DNA of 55,403 nt from Betaproteobacteria bacterium (GTDB lineage Bacteria; Pseudomonadota; Gammaproteobacteria; Burkholderiales; SG8-39), in assembly GCA_039931635.1 (NCBI GenBank), contig JBDTRO010000105.1, forward strand, positions 1-55,403, given 5' to 3'. The position numbers and the translations under genes were made by a program. Of this stretch, positions 1 through 9,147 are shown piece after piece. Position 1 is the first letter of the stretch. Each line of letters opens with the position of its first letter. The notes under the pieces were generated by a model. That model was not told the DNA's origin. It saw nothing but the letters and a program-made list of their open reading frames with translations, and did not search any database.

Positions 1-144
1 GGTTTGTACCTGACCCGCAGCGGCGAAGCGCAACTGCGCAGACTGAGCCGCCGGGTGCGCGCCAATGACGCGACGTTTGCGGCGAGGCTCGGTCCGAAAG
101 AGCGCGCAACACTCGAAAAGCTGCTCCACAAGCTTTCCGGTTAG
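1..144 (+). CDS. 3' end of a MarR/SlyA-type transcriptional regulator (partial, begins outside window)
   Basis: Frame +1 is open from the window edge to TAG 142-144. The tail GLYLTRSGEAQLRRLSRRV...LEKLLHKLSG resembles the C-terminal helices of MarR-family regulators. Only 47 aa are visible. Confidence 0.35.
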   Translation, partial: GLYLTRSGEAQLRRLSRRVRANDATFAARLGPKERATLEKLLHKLSG

Positions 145-150
145 GGGCTT

Positions 151-1347
151 ATGCCTGTCCTGCAGGAAATCAACGAAGGCCGCGTCCCGGTCCGGGTCTA
201 CACTGGCGAAATCGAAGCCGCCGCGCGCCGGCAGCTCGTCAATATCTCGAAACTCCCGATCGTCCATCACCATGTTGCGGCGATGCCCGATGTGCATCTG
301 GGCATCGGCGCGACGGTGGGGTCCGTGATCCCGACGCTGCGGGCGATCATCCCGGCCGCGGTGGGTGTGGATATCGGCTGCGGCATGATTGCGACGCGTC
401 TTTCGCTTTCGTCCCGGGCGATCGAAGAAAAGTCTCTGAAGAAGATATTTGATCAAATCTCACGCGATGTTCCGGTCGGCTTCGACCAGCATGACGAAAA
501 GGACGCGAGAGATCATGCCGCAATCCGTTTCGAAAGAGGCCTGAAGAAAATTCTCGAAAAGCACCCCGGTGTTGAGAAGCTCATCGGCAAGAATTCGAGC
601 TGGGTGCGGCAGATGGGCACGCTGGGCGGCGGCAACCATTTCATCGAGTTGTGCCTCGATGAGGCAGGGCGCGCGTGGGTAATGCTGCATTCGGGCAGCC
701 GCGGCATCGGCAATGCGATCGGCCGTTACTTCATCGAATTGGCGAAGAAGGACGCGGAGCGGGTGCAACTCCACTTGCCGGATCGGAACCTGGCGTACTT
801 CGCGGAAGGCGCGCAGCACTTCGATGACTACGTGGAAGCGGTAGGCTGGGCGCAGGACTATGCCTCCGCCAACCGGACCGAAATGATGGAACTGGTGCTG
901 GCGGCGCTTCGGCGCCACTTGCCGTCCTTTGAGGTCACCGGCGCGGCGGTGAACTGCCACCATAACTATGTCGAGCGTGAGCACCACTACGGCGAAGAGG
1001 TGTGGCTCACGCGAAAAGGGGCGATCCGCGCCCGCGCGGGCGACCTCGGCATCATCCCGGGCAGTATGGGGGCGCGCAGCTACATCGTGCGCGGCCGGGG
1101 ATCGGCGGCGAGCTTTCATTCCTGCGCCCACGGCGCCGGCCGGAAAATGAGCCGGACCCAGGCCGAGAAGGCATTTACGGTCGCCGACCTGGAACGGCAA
1201 ACCGATGGCGTTGTCTGCCGGAAGGACAGCGGCGTGCTGGACGAGATTCCCGGTGCCTACAAGGACATCGACGAGGTGATGGCGAACCAGAGCGACCTCG
1301 TGGAGATCGTGCATACTTTGGAGCAGGTCATCTGCGTGAAGGGATAG
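151..1347 (+). CDS. rtcB: RNA-splicing ligase RtcB family protein
   Basis: 398-aa ORF with RtcB hallmarks: AAMPDVHLGIG, GGGNHFIEL, LHSGSRGIGN, NCHHNY and a C-terminal ICVKG. Length is typical for bacterial RtcB. Confidence 0.93.
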   Translation: MPVLQEINEGRVPVRVYTGEIEAAARRQLVNISKLPIVHHHVAAMPDVHLGIGATVGSVIPTLRAIIPAAVGVDIGCGMIATRLSLSSRAIEEKSLKKIFDQISRDVPVGFDQHDEKDARDHAAIRFERGLKKILEKHPGVEKLIGKNSSWVRQMGTLGGGNHFIELCLDEAGRAWVMLHSGSRGIGNAIGRYFIELAKKDAERVQLHLPDRNLAYFAEGAQHFDDYVEAVGWAQDYASANRTEMMELVLAALRRHLPSFEVTGAAVNCHHNYVEREHHYGEEVWLTRKGAIRARAGDLGIIPGSMGARSYIVRGRGSAASFHSCAHGAGRKMSRTQAEKAFTVADLERQTDGVVCRKDSGVLDEIPGAYKDIDEVMANQSDLVEIVHTLEQVICVKG

Positions 1348-1349
1348 CC

Positions 1350-1868
1350 ATGACGATTTCCCGCAGGGTATTGCTGGGTGCGGCGCTCGCGCTGCCTTTC
1401 GCCGCACGCGGCCAGACCGGCTGCGGTGCGCCGACGGAGGCCGACATCGAAGGGCCGTTCTACAAGGCTGGCGCGCCGTTGCGTGCGAACCTCGTGGACC
1501 CGGGATCCACGGCCGACAAGATGGTGCTGACGGGCATCGTGCTCGCGGCGAACTGCAAGCCGCTTGCCGGCGTATCGCTCGATTTCTGGCATGCGGACGA
1601 CAAGGGCGAATACGACGGCACGGGCTACCGCTACCGAGGGATCGTCACCACGGACTACCAGGGACGCTACCGGCTGGAAACCAACATGCCGCCGCCGTAC
1701 TCCGGCCGGCCGCGGCACATTCATGTCAAGCTGCAGCGCCCTGGCGGCCGCGTGCTGACGACGCAGCTGTATTTTCCAGGCGAATCACGCGACGCGCCGC
1801 GTGTCCTGGTGATGAAGATGGAACGCCGCGCGCAAGGGCGGCTCGCCAGCTTCGACTTTATTCTCTAG
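1350..1868 (+). CDS. Secreted intradiol ring-cleavage dioxygenase-like protein
   Basis: ATG 1350 lies 2 nt after the rtcB stop. Signal-like N-terminus (RRVLLGAALALPFAARG). Intradiol dioxygenase core motifs IEGPFY, LDFWHADDKGEY and GRPRHIHVK. Confidence 0.75.
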   Translation: MTISRRVLLGAALALPFAARGQTGCGAPTEADIEGPFYKAGAPLRANLVDPGSTADKMVLTGIVLAANCKPLAGVSLDFWHADDKGEYDGTGYRYRGIVTTDYQGRYRLETNMPPPYSGRPRHIHVKLQRPGGRVLTTQLYFPGESRDAPRVLVMKMERRAQGRLASFDFIL

Positions 1869-2608
1869 GACCCGCTGAACCAGTTGTAGCCCTTGTCTTC
1901 CCAGTAGCCGCCGGGGTCCTCGTTGGTGACGAACATCGCGACAACATGCTTCGGGTTCTTGAAGCCGAGCTTGGTGGGAATGCGCAGCTTCCACGGAAAG
2001 CCGTACTTCGGCGGCAGCACCTGGTCTGCGTACTTGAACGCCATGATGGTCTGCGGATGCAGCGCGGTCTGCATGTCGATGCTGGTGTAGTAGTCGTCGG
2101 CGCACTTGAAGCCGACGTACTTCGCGCTGAGGTCGGCGCCGACGCGCTGCAGGAAGTCTGAAAAGCGCGGCCCGCTCCACTTGCCGATGGCGCTCCAGCC
2201 CTCGACGCAGATGTGGCGCGTGACCTGCGACACCTGGGGCAGGGCGTAGAGTTCCGGCAGCCGCCAGGCCTTCCTTTCGCGCACCATGCCGCCCACGTCC
2301 AGCTTGTAGTCGGTACCGTCCACCAACCGGACTTCGTCTTCGCCGTAGTAGGCATTGAAGGGGAAGGGGTCGGTGACCATGCTCACCGGAAATTCGGGCG
2401 CCAGGCGCTTGGGGTCGAACAGCCACGCCTGCGCGCCGTCGTTCCACTTCGACATCGCCGTCAGTACGCGCTGCACGTTGTCGTCGTCGGTCAGGTCGCA
2501 GCCCGAGAGCAGTGACAGCGCGCCCAGCGACAGGCCGCGGCTGAGGAACAGGCGCCGCTCCAGGCTCGCGAGCAGCGGTCCTTCATGGTGCTTGAGCTTG
2601 CTATCCAT
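1865..2608 (-). CDS. Molybdopterin-dependent oxidoreductase, sulfite-oxidase fold (MsrP/YedY-like), Tat-exported
   Basis: Twin-arginine signal (RRLFLSRGLSLGALSLLSGC). Moco-domain motifs TRHICVEGWS and YGFPWKLRIPTKLGFKNPKH. Overlaps the upstream cytochrome b gene by 8 nt. Confidence 0.85.
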   Translation of the reverse strand: MDSKLKHHEGPLLASLERRLFLSRGLSLGALSLLSGCDLTDDDNVQRVLTAMSKWNDGAQAWLFDPKRLAPEFPVSMVTDPFPFNAYYGEDEVRLVDGTDYKLDVGGMVRERKAWRLPELYALPQVSQVTRHICVEGWSAIGKWSGPRFSDFLQRVGADLSAKYVGFKCADDYYTSIDMQTALHPQTIMAFKYADQVLPPKYGFPWKLRIPTKLGFKNPKHVVAMFVTNEDPGGYWEDKGYNWFSGS

Positions 2609-3197
2609 TGTTCAGGCGTCCTGTGATCATGGTCAGGAAGGTCTTCGGCACGAGAGCCACCATCGCCACGTGTACCAGCACGAAGAGCACCAGCCCGGTC
2701 ATGCAGAAGAAATGCAGCAGCCGCGCGCCCTCGTAGTCGCCCATCAGGGAGGCGAGGGCGTAGAACTGCACTGGCTTCCAGATCGCCAGGCCCGACAGCA
2801 CCAGCCCGATCGCCAGCGCGATGGCGCCCAGATAGGCTGCCTTTTGCGCGGCGTTGTATACCGAGAGGTCGTCATGGGCGAGGCGCCCGCGCAACGCGTT
2901 GAAGATGTCGTGCAGCATCGCGCGGGGGGAAATCGGCAGCATCCGGCGCCACAAGTGGCCGGAGAAGAGGCCGTATGCAAGATAAATCATGCCGTTCAGG
3001 ACCAGCACCCACATGGCGGCGAAATGCCATTGCAGCGCGCCGGCCAGCCAGCCCCCCATGGTTACTTCGTCCGGAAAGACGAAATCGAACAGCGGCGAGG
3101 CGTTGTAGATCTTCCAGCCCGACATGACCATCACCAGGATGGCCAGGGCATTCACCCAGTGAGTGACGCGGACCAGCAAGGGGTGGACGGTTTTCAT
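2601..3197 (-). CDS. Membrane b-type cytochrome (partner of the Moco oxidoreductase)
   Basis: 198 aa with four hydrophobic helices carrying conserved His (RVTHWVNA, LQWHFAAMW, LLHFFCM, LVHVAM), as in the Ni/Fe-hydrogenase-type cytochrome b family. Overlapping, co-directional with the Moco gene. Confidence 0.8.
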   Translation of the reverse strand: MKTVHPLLVRVTHWVNALAILVMVMSGWKIYNASPLFDFVFPDEVTMGGWLAGALQWHFAAMWVLVLNGMIYLAYGLFSGHLWRRMLPISPRAMLHDIFNALRGRLAHDDLSVYNAAQKAAYLGAIALAIGLVLSGLAIWKPVQFYALASLMGDYEGARLLHFFCMTGLVLFVLVHVAMVALVPKTFLTMITGRLNNG

Positions 3198-3289
3198 AGA
3201 CCCTTTGTCGGCATGGGTATCGAGTCCTTACACGAACTGTGCTGGATGCGATAATCGCATCTTTACGGTCGCAAAGAGCAAACACAGCA

Positions 3290-3628
3290 ATGACCTACGT
3301 CGTCACCGAGGACTGCATCAAGTGCAAGACCATGGACTGCGTCGAAGTCTGTCCCGTGGACTGCTTCTACGAGGGCGAGAACATGCTCGTCATCCATCCG
3401 GATGAGTGCATCGACTGCGGGGTTTGCGAACCGGAGTGCCCGCCCAAGGCGATTGTGCCCGACTCCGACGCACAGGCCGACAAGTGGCTCAAGCTGAACA
3501 CCGACTTTTCGCTGAAGTGGCCGAACATCACGCGCAAGGGCACGCCGCCGCCCGACGATGTCGACTGGAGGGGGGTCAAGGACAAGTACGCGAAGTACTT
3601 CACTCCAAACCCCGGCAAAGGGGAATAG
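3290..3628 (+). CDS. fdxA: 7Fe ferredoxin (Azotobacter type, 3Fe-4S + 4Fe-4S)
   Basis: [26 protein letters not shown]...[13 protein letters not shown]. The internal ATG 3290 was chosen within the longer ORF 3239-3628 to match the canonical MTYVV start. Confidence 0.9.
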   Translation: MTYVVTEDCIKCKTMDCVEVCPVDCFYEGENMLVIHPDECIDCGVCEPECPPKAIVPDSDAQADKWLKLNTDFSLKWPNITRKGTPPPDDVDWRGVKDKYAKYFTPNPGKGE

Positions 3629-3632
3629 CCGC

Positions 3633-4853
3633 GTGGAGTTGACCTCCGAGGAGCAGGCCATCCTCGGCGGCGGGCGCGGCGAAGCCGCCAGGCGCGCGCT
3701 CCAATACCAGCTCGAAGTCGGCAAATTCTGGGGCGCGAAGCGCTTCGTGCCTGTCACCAACGTCCACATGATGGGCGACATCGAGGTGATGGGCGACGGC
3801 GGCCTCGCCTGGCTCAAGGCAGAAGCCGCCAGCGGGGCGCGCTGCGTCGTCGGCACCACTACCAACGCCCGCTGCATGGATTTCGCCCACTGCGAACGCA
3901 TGGGACAGGACGCCGGCGAGGCGGTGAAGGAAAAGGAAATCATCGCCACCCTGCGGCGCATGGACGTGGTGACCACCGATACCTGCATCAACTACCAGAC
4001 CGTCTACCAGCCGCACCTGGGCGAGCACGTCGCCTGGGGCGATACCGGCACCGTGATCTACGCCAACTCCGTGTTCGGTGCGCGCACCAACTTCGAGGCC
4101 GGACCTGCGGCGCTCGCCGCCGCGCTGACCGGGCGGACGCCCGAATACGGCTTTCACCTCGACGAACATCGAAAAGGCACATTCGCGGTCCAACTGAACG
4201 CGGCGCTGGGCGACCTTTCCGACTGGGGTGCGGTAGGCAAGCTGGTCGGCGAATCTCATCAGAGCTACTACGCCGTGCCCGTCTTCCACGGCTACCGCCG
4301 TACGCCCACCGCCGACGAACTCAAGCACCTCGGCGCCGCGCTGGCGAGCTACGGCTCCATGGGGATGTTCCATTTCGTCGGCGTCACGCCGGAGGCGCCA
4401 GCAGTCCTGCCGGATGAAAAGATGGTTGTGTCCGATGCCGACCTGGATGCGGTCTATCGGAACTACAAGCTCGGCGATGGCGATGCAAGGCTGGTCGTCT
4501 TCTCCGGTCCGCAGCAATCCCTGTTCGAAATGAAGAATTTAAGTTCTCTATTCGACGATAGAAAAGTAAAAGGCGGAACTACCTGCATCGTCACCACCAA
4601 TTCCGCGATCCTTCGGCAATCGCGCGACCTGGGCTACGCGCAGGCGCTGGAAGACGCGGGCGTCACGATTCTCGAGGGCGTGTGCTTCTACATCCTGCAG
4701 AACCTGTCGCCCATGCGCGAGAAGAACGGCTGGACCAACATGGTTTCCAATTCCGCCAAGATCGTGAACATCATCGGCGCACACCGATTCAACACGATCC
4801 TGCGGCGCACCGCGGAATGCGTGGAGATTGCCTGTTCCGGGGTATTGCGATGA
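3633..4853 (+). CDS. Aconitase X, catalytic (large) subunit (DUF521 family)
   Basis: GTG 3633 (4 nt after the fdxA stop) was chosen. AcnX catalytic-domain pattern: VTNVHMMGD, TDTCINYQ, WGDTGTVIYANSVFGARTNFEAGP. Confidence 0.85.
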   Translation: MELTSEEQAILGGGRGEAARRALQYQLEVGKFWGAKRFVPVTNVHMMGDIEVMGDGGLAWLKAEAASGARCVVGTTTNARCMDFAHCERMGQDAGEAVKEKEIIATLRRMDVVTTDTCINYQTVYQPHLGEHVAWGDTGTVIYANSVFGARTNFEAGPAALAAALTGRTPEYGFHLDEHRKGTFAVQLNAALGDLSDWGAVGKLVGESHQSYYAVPVFHGYRRTPTADELKHLGAALASYGSMGMFHFVGVTPEAPAVLPDEKMVVSDADLDAVYRNYKLGDGDARLVVFSGPQQSLFEMKNLSSLFDDRKVKGGTTCIVTTNSAILRQSRDLGYAQALEDAGVTILEGVCFYILQNLSPMREKNGWTNMVSNSAKIVNIIGAHRFNTILRRTAECVEIACSGVLR

Positions 4854-5263
4854 GTTCGATTTCCGTAGCGCGTGCGTATGGCGCGGTGGTTGAAGGAGAA
4901 GCGGTCGTATCGGAGGAAGGTTTTTCTCCGCGTTACGACCTTGACCGCTGGACAGGCATGATCACCAAGCCCGGCCACAAGCTAGAGGGAATCAGCATCG
5001 TGGACAAGATCTGCTTCTTTCCCACCGCCAAGGGCGGCATCGCCGCCGGCTGGGCCTTCTACGACATCAAGTGGAAGAAAATCGCCCCCAAAGCCTTCAT
5101 CTTCGGCGTTACCAATCCGGTCATGGTGCAGGGTGCGGTGTTCGCTGGTATCCCGATCACCGAAGGCTGGAATCCGCATCCGCGCGAGGTGGTGAAAACG
5201 GGCGACTGGGTGCGCGTTGATCCGGGCAGGAAACTGATTGAAATCCTGAAACGGGCGGCCTAG
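4850..5263 (+). CDS. Aconitase X, swivel (small) subunit (DUF126 family)
   Basis: ATG 4850 overlaps the large-subunit stop (ATGA). Contains EEGFSPRYDLD...KICFFPTAKGGIAAGW...NPVMVQGAVFAGIP, typical of the AcnX swivel domain. Confidence 0.85.
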   Translation: MSSISVARAYGAVVEGEAVVSEEGFSPRYDLDRWTGMITKPGHKLEGISIVDKICFFPTAKGGIAAGWAFYDIKWKKIAPKAFIFGVTNPVMVQGAVFAGIPITEGWNPHPREVVKTGDWVRVDPGRKLIEILKRAA

Positions 5264-5273
5264 CACGCTGTCA

Positions 5274-6023
5274 ATGCGCGCGATGAAACCAGGGTGTTCG
5301 CGGCTGGCGGCGGCCACGGCGATGGCTCTGGCGGCGTGCGCTCCGGCGCCAGTGCGCATGGGTCAGGCGGGAGAATGGGTGCCGTCGCCAAATTTCGACG
5401 AGCGCCGTCCCGCTTTCGTCGTCATCCACCATACGTCGAGCGACACGTCGGCGCGCGCCGTCCGCATCCTGACAGACCCTTCGAGCAAGGTGAGCGCACA
5501 TTACGTGATCGAGCGTGAAGGCGGTCTGGTCCAGCTGGTCGACGAGCGCGCACGCGCCTGGCATGCGGGAGATTCCTGGTGGAGCGGGAGTGCAGACCTC
5601 AATTCCTCGTCCGTCGGCATCGAATTGGTGAACAACGGCGAGGAACCGTTTGCCGAACCGCAAATCGCTGCTTTGCTTTCGCTCCTGTCCTCGCTGCGTG
5701 AGAAATACGGGATTCCGGCCGCGAACTATCTGGGTCATGGCGACATCGCGCCGGGAAGGAAAGTGGACCCCAGTCGCTATTTTCCGTGGCAACGCCTCGC
5801 AGCGTCGGGGTTCGGGCTATGGTGCGAGGCGCCGGCAGCGGCAGAGGTGCCCGGGCTCGACCCGACCGTCGCGTTGCGGCTGTTCGGCTACGATATATCG
5901 GATGTGGCCGCCGCCACGGCGGCGTTCCGCCGTCATTTCAGGGGCGAAGAACGCGGCGGCGCGGCGCTGGATGAGGCGGAGCGCGCGGTGCTGGCCTGCC
6001 TGGTGGAACTGAAACGCCGCTGA
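5274..6023 (+). CDS. N-acetylmuramoyl-L-alanine amidase (Amidase_2, AmpD/AmiD-like lipoprotein)
   Basis: Lipobox-like MALAAC. Motifs VVIHHTS, SAHYVIEREG, RAWHAG and GHGDIAPGRKVDPS. Confidence 0.85.
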   Translation: MRAMKPGCSRLAAATAMALAACAPAPVRMGQAGEWVPSPNFDERRPAFVVIHHTSSDTSARAVRILTDPSSKVSAHYVIEREGGLVQLVDERARAWHAGDSWWSGSADLNSSSVGIELVNNGEEPFAEPQIAALLSLLSSLREKYGIPAANYLGHGDIAPGRKVDPSRYFPWQRLAASGFGLWCEAPAAAEVPGLDPTVALRLFGYDISDVAAATAAFRRHFRGEERGGAALDEAERAVLACLVELKRR

Positions 6024-6117
6024 ATCAGAATCTCGAAGCGCTGAGCCGACCATGATCAAATGCACCTATTGCAAACGCGACGCCATGATGGGCGTCGAGT
6101 CCGTAGTGGAATGATCG

Positions 6118-7554
6118 ATGGCCGATTCGCTTTCGAAGGACCTGCGCGCGACCACCGATCTGCTTGAGCGGATTGCCGCCGACTGGCGGGTGCTGGATGA
6201 ACTTCCCGACGAGGAGCGGCGGCGCTTTCACGATGCCATCGCGCGCATGTACAACCCCGACCCGGTATTGCGCCGCAGGAGGATGAAGGCAGAGGAACGC
6301 GCGCGCAAGGCGGAACTGGCAAAGCGCGACGAGGCGGTGCTGGGTAAGACGGGCATCAGGGAATTGCGCCGCAAGCCGGTGTTCACGACGCCGAACGTTT
6401 TTCCGCCGAAGGAAATTGCCCCGGAGCGCAATGAATCCCTGGAAGAGCGGCATTGTTATGTCTGCAAGCAGAAGTTCACCGAACTCCACCATTTCTACGA
6501 TCAGATGTGCCCGCCCTGCGCGGAGTTTAATTTCGGCAAGCGTACCGAACTCGCGGACCTGAGGGGCCGGGTGGCACTGCTGACCGGAGGGCGCGTGAAG
6601 ATCGGCTACCAGGCTGGCCTAAAGCTTCTGCGCGCAGGCGCGCGGCTCATCGTCACCACGCGGTTCCCGCGGGATTCCGCGGCCCGGTATTCCGGCGAAC
6701 CGGATTTCGCGCAGTGGCGCGACCGTCTTGAGATCTTCGGCCTGGACCTGCGCCACACGCCCAGCGTGGAGGCGTTCTGCCGCCAGCTGCACGAAACGCA
6801 TTCGCGGCTGGACTTCATCATCAACAACGCATGCCAGACCGTGCGCCGCCCGCCGGACTTCTATGCCCACATGATGGAGGGCGAGTGTGCCGCGTTGTCC
6901 GCACCTGCGCTGGGTCTGGTTTGTCTTTATTCGAACGAAAGCAAGGAAGTATTGCGCTCGGCGGAACTGTCGCAGGTGCCGCTGCTGCCCGAGGAATTCC
7001 AGGTGCAGAAGCACTTGTTTCCCGCAGGCCGGCTGGACCAGGACCTGCAGCAGGTGGACCTGCGTGGGCGCAACTCCTGGCGCCTGCTGCTGGCCGAGGT
7101 GTCGGCGGTGGAATTGCTGGAGGTGCAGCTGGTCAACGCCGTCGCTCCGTTCATCCTCAACGCGCGCCTGAAGCCGCTGATGCTGCGTTCGCCGGAGCGC
7201 GACAAGCACATCGTCAACGTGTCCGCGGTCGAAGGCCAGTTCTACCGCAACTTCAAGACCACGAGGCACCCGCACACGAACATGGCTAAGGCGGCGCTCA
7301 ACATGATGACGCGCACCTCGGCCGCCGACTACCACCACGACGGCATCCACATGAACAGCGTCGACACCGGATGGGTGACCGACGAGGACCCGGTCGAGAT
7401 CGCGGCGCGCAAGACCGCCGAGCACCGCTTCCACCCGCCGCTGGACATCGTCGACGGCGCCGCGCGCATCGTCGATCCAATCGTCGCCGGATTCAACAGC
7501 GGCGAGCATGTCTGGGGGAAATTCCTGAAGGATTACCGGCCCACCGACTGGTAA
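6118..7554 (+). CDS. SDR-family oxidoreductase with a long N-terminal extension containing a CxxC-x14-CxxC motif
   Basis: 478 aa. Rossmann motif [15 protein letters not shown] and NNACQ in the C-terminal two-thirds. The N-terminal ~135 aa are charged/helical and followed by [22 protein letters not shown]. Confidence 0.8.
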   Translation: MADSLSKDLRATTDLLERIAADWRVLDELPDEERRRFHDAIARMYNPDPVLRRRRMKAEERARKAELAKRDEAVLGKTGIRELRRKPVFTTPNVFPPKEIAPERNESLEERHCYVCKQKFTELHHFYDQMCPPCAEFNFGKRTELADLRGRVALLTGGRVKIGYQAGLKLLRAGARLIVTTRFPRDSAARYSGEPDFAQWRDRLEIFGLDLRHTPSVEAFCRQLHETHSRLDFIINNACQTVRRPPDFYAHMMEGECAALSAPALGLVCLYSNESKEVLRSAELSQVPLLPEEFQVQKHLFPAGRLDQDLQQVDLRGRNSWRLLLAEVSAVELLEVQLVNAVAPFILNARLKPLMLRSPERDKHIVNVSAVEGQFYRNFKTTRHPHTNMAKAALNMMTRTSAADYHHDGIHMNSVDTGWVTDEDPVEIAARKTAEHRFHPPLDIVDGAARIVDPIVAGFNSGEHVWGKFLKDYRPTDW

Positions 7555-7560
7555 TTGGAG

Positions 7561-8565
7561 CTACGGAGCAGGGCCGTCCGCGCCGTAGATCAGGCGGGCC
7601 TTCTGGTCGCCAGGCCTGGTTCGGCTGGCGCTGATTTCGAGCATCACTACCGGCGGCCGGTTCGGGTCAGCCCTGGCGCGCTGCGCGCGCAACGCGGCGA
7701 TGCGCCGGTCCATCTTCTCGGTGGCGGCAGTCAGTCCCCTCGAGGCAAGGATATTGCGCAGGTGCAGCAGGTCCTGGATCTGGCCGGCCGTTTCGTCGGG
7801 GGGTGCGGGTGGCGCAGAGGCGGGCAGCGCGGCGATCGGCTCCCCCTCCGATAGCGAGCGCAATGCTGAACCCCATCGCGCCTTGGGCTGGTTCGCCGCC
7901 GCGGCGAATTCCGGCGCCGCGGCGACCAGCCGGGCGATGCCGAGACGCTGGTACTTGAACGCCCATTCAAGCGCGCCGTCGCCACGGTCGTTTTTCACGC
8001 TACGGTCGGCACCCCGCGCGAGCAGTTGCCGCACCAGGGGCTCGTGGCCTTCGTAGACCGCCATCATGAGCACGCTGGAGCCGTTGGTGCTGCGCGCGTT
8101 GATGTCGGCGCCGTTGTCCAGCAGCAGCTGCGCGACCTGCGCCTGCCCGGCGAAGACCGCGTAGTGCAGCGCGCTCCATTGCATGGGATCGCTGTTGATC
8201 TTCGCGCCGCGCGCGAGCAGCCACCGGACCGCGTTGCTGTGCCCGCGCCAGGCGGCGTGCAGCAGCGCCCGCTCGCCGATGGCGTTGGCCTTGTTCACGT
8301 CCGCGCCGCGCGCCACCAGCAGGCTCATCATCGGAATATCGCCGCGCCAGGCGGCGATCATCAGGCCGGTGCCGATGCGGTCGGCGAGAAAATCCGGAGG
8401 CAGCCCGGCATCCAGCCAGGCGCGCAGCTGCGCGATGTCGCCCGCCTCCAGGCTGTGACCGTAGGTCGCCGGATCCGGATGCGCCAGCGACTGGCCCGCG
8501 GGCAGCAGGAGCAGCACGCACAGCAGTGCCTTGCTGATAAAGTGTCGCAACACCGTTCGTTCCAT
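7561..8565 (-). CDS. Secreted ankyrin-repeat protein
   Basis: Start taken at MERTVLRHF (cat 8563-8565). The upstream part of ORF 7561-9036 is Arg/Gly-rich junk. Signal peptide LLCVLLLLPAGQSLA. Repeated ANK pattern (G.TGLMIAAWRGD..M.SLLVARGADVN, ALLHAAWRGH, SALHYAVFAG, SVLMMAVYEGH). Confidence 0.8.
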   Translation of the reverse strand: MERTVLRHFISKALLCVLLLLPAGQSLAHPDPATYGHSLEAGDIAQLRAWLDAGLPPDFLADRIGTGLMIAAWRGDIPMMSLLVARGADVNKANAIGERALLHAAWRGHSNAVRWLLARGAKINSDPMQWSALHYAVFAGQAQVAQLLLDNGADINARSTNGSSVLMMAVYEGHEPLVRQLLARGADRSVKNDRGDGALEWAFKYQRLGIARLVAAAPEFAAAANQPKARWGSALRSLSEGEPIAALPASAPPAPPDETAGQIQDLLHLRNILASRGLTAATEKMDRRIAALRAQRARADPNRPPVVMLEISASRTRPGDQKARLIYGADGPAP

Positions 8566-8577
8566 CAGTGGTCCGCG

Positions 8578-9141
8578 ATGAAAAACGTACGTTCGTTCCT
8601 GGGCCCGTCCTTTGCTGCTTCGCTCACGCTGCACATTGCCGTGATTTTTCTTGGCATGCAACTTGCGTCGCCGGCCCCCGACAGCCCATCGCGCGCAGCC
8701 ACGGATCTGAAGGTGCGTTTGCACGAACGTCTCGTCGAGCCCGAGGTACCTACCGCCGCCATCGCCGCCACCGCCGCCGCTGCACCGGCACCGGCTCGCC
8801 GGCAACTGCGGCTGCCCCTGGATACGCCGCGGAAATCCAAAGCTGCATTGGTCAGCACGGTTCCGGCGCGGCTTACGGGCGAAGCCGCGATCAAGGCGAC
8901 GGAACAGCTGGCGCGCGATCTGCCGTACCCGCCCGAAGCGATCGAGCGCGGGCTGCAGGGCGAGGCGCTGGTGCTGATTTTTCTGGATGCGGCGGGCAAT
9001 GCCATTGCGGCCCGGATCGAGGCCAGCAGCGGCCATGCGCTGCTCGACGATGCGGCACTGCGCGCTGCCCGCACGCTGCGCGCGCTGCCCGACAGCGCCC
9101 CGCGCGAGGCCCTGCTGCCGGTGCGTTTTCGCCTGCGCTGA
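8578..9141 (+). CDS. TonB C-terminal-domain protein (energy transducer TonB family)
   Basis: N-terminal TM helix (FAASLTLHIAVIFLGM), Ala/Pro-rich linker, and C-terminal TonB motif YPPEAIERGLQGEALVLIFLDAAGN...SSGHALLDDAAL. Divergent from the ankyrin gene with a 12-bp gap. Confidence 0.7.
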   Translation: MKNVRSFLGPSFAASLTLHIAVIFLGMQLASPAPDSPSRAATDLKVRLHERLVEPEVPTAAIAATAAAAPAPARRQLRLPLDTPRKSKAALVSTVPARLTGEAAIKATEQLARDLPYPPEAIERGLQGEALVLIFLDAAGNAIAARIEASSGHALLDDAALRAARTLRALPDSAPREALLPVRFRLR

Positions 9142-9147
9142 GCCAAG

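Noticed and set aside
6052-6114. 20-codon mini-ORF MIKCTYCKRDAMMGVESVVE ending 3 nt before the SDR gene start; a possible leader peptide with a CxxC.
   Set aside because: Too short to evaluate, no convincing Shine-Dalgarno upstream, and no way to test conservation here. Noted only as context for the SDR finding.
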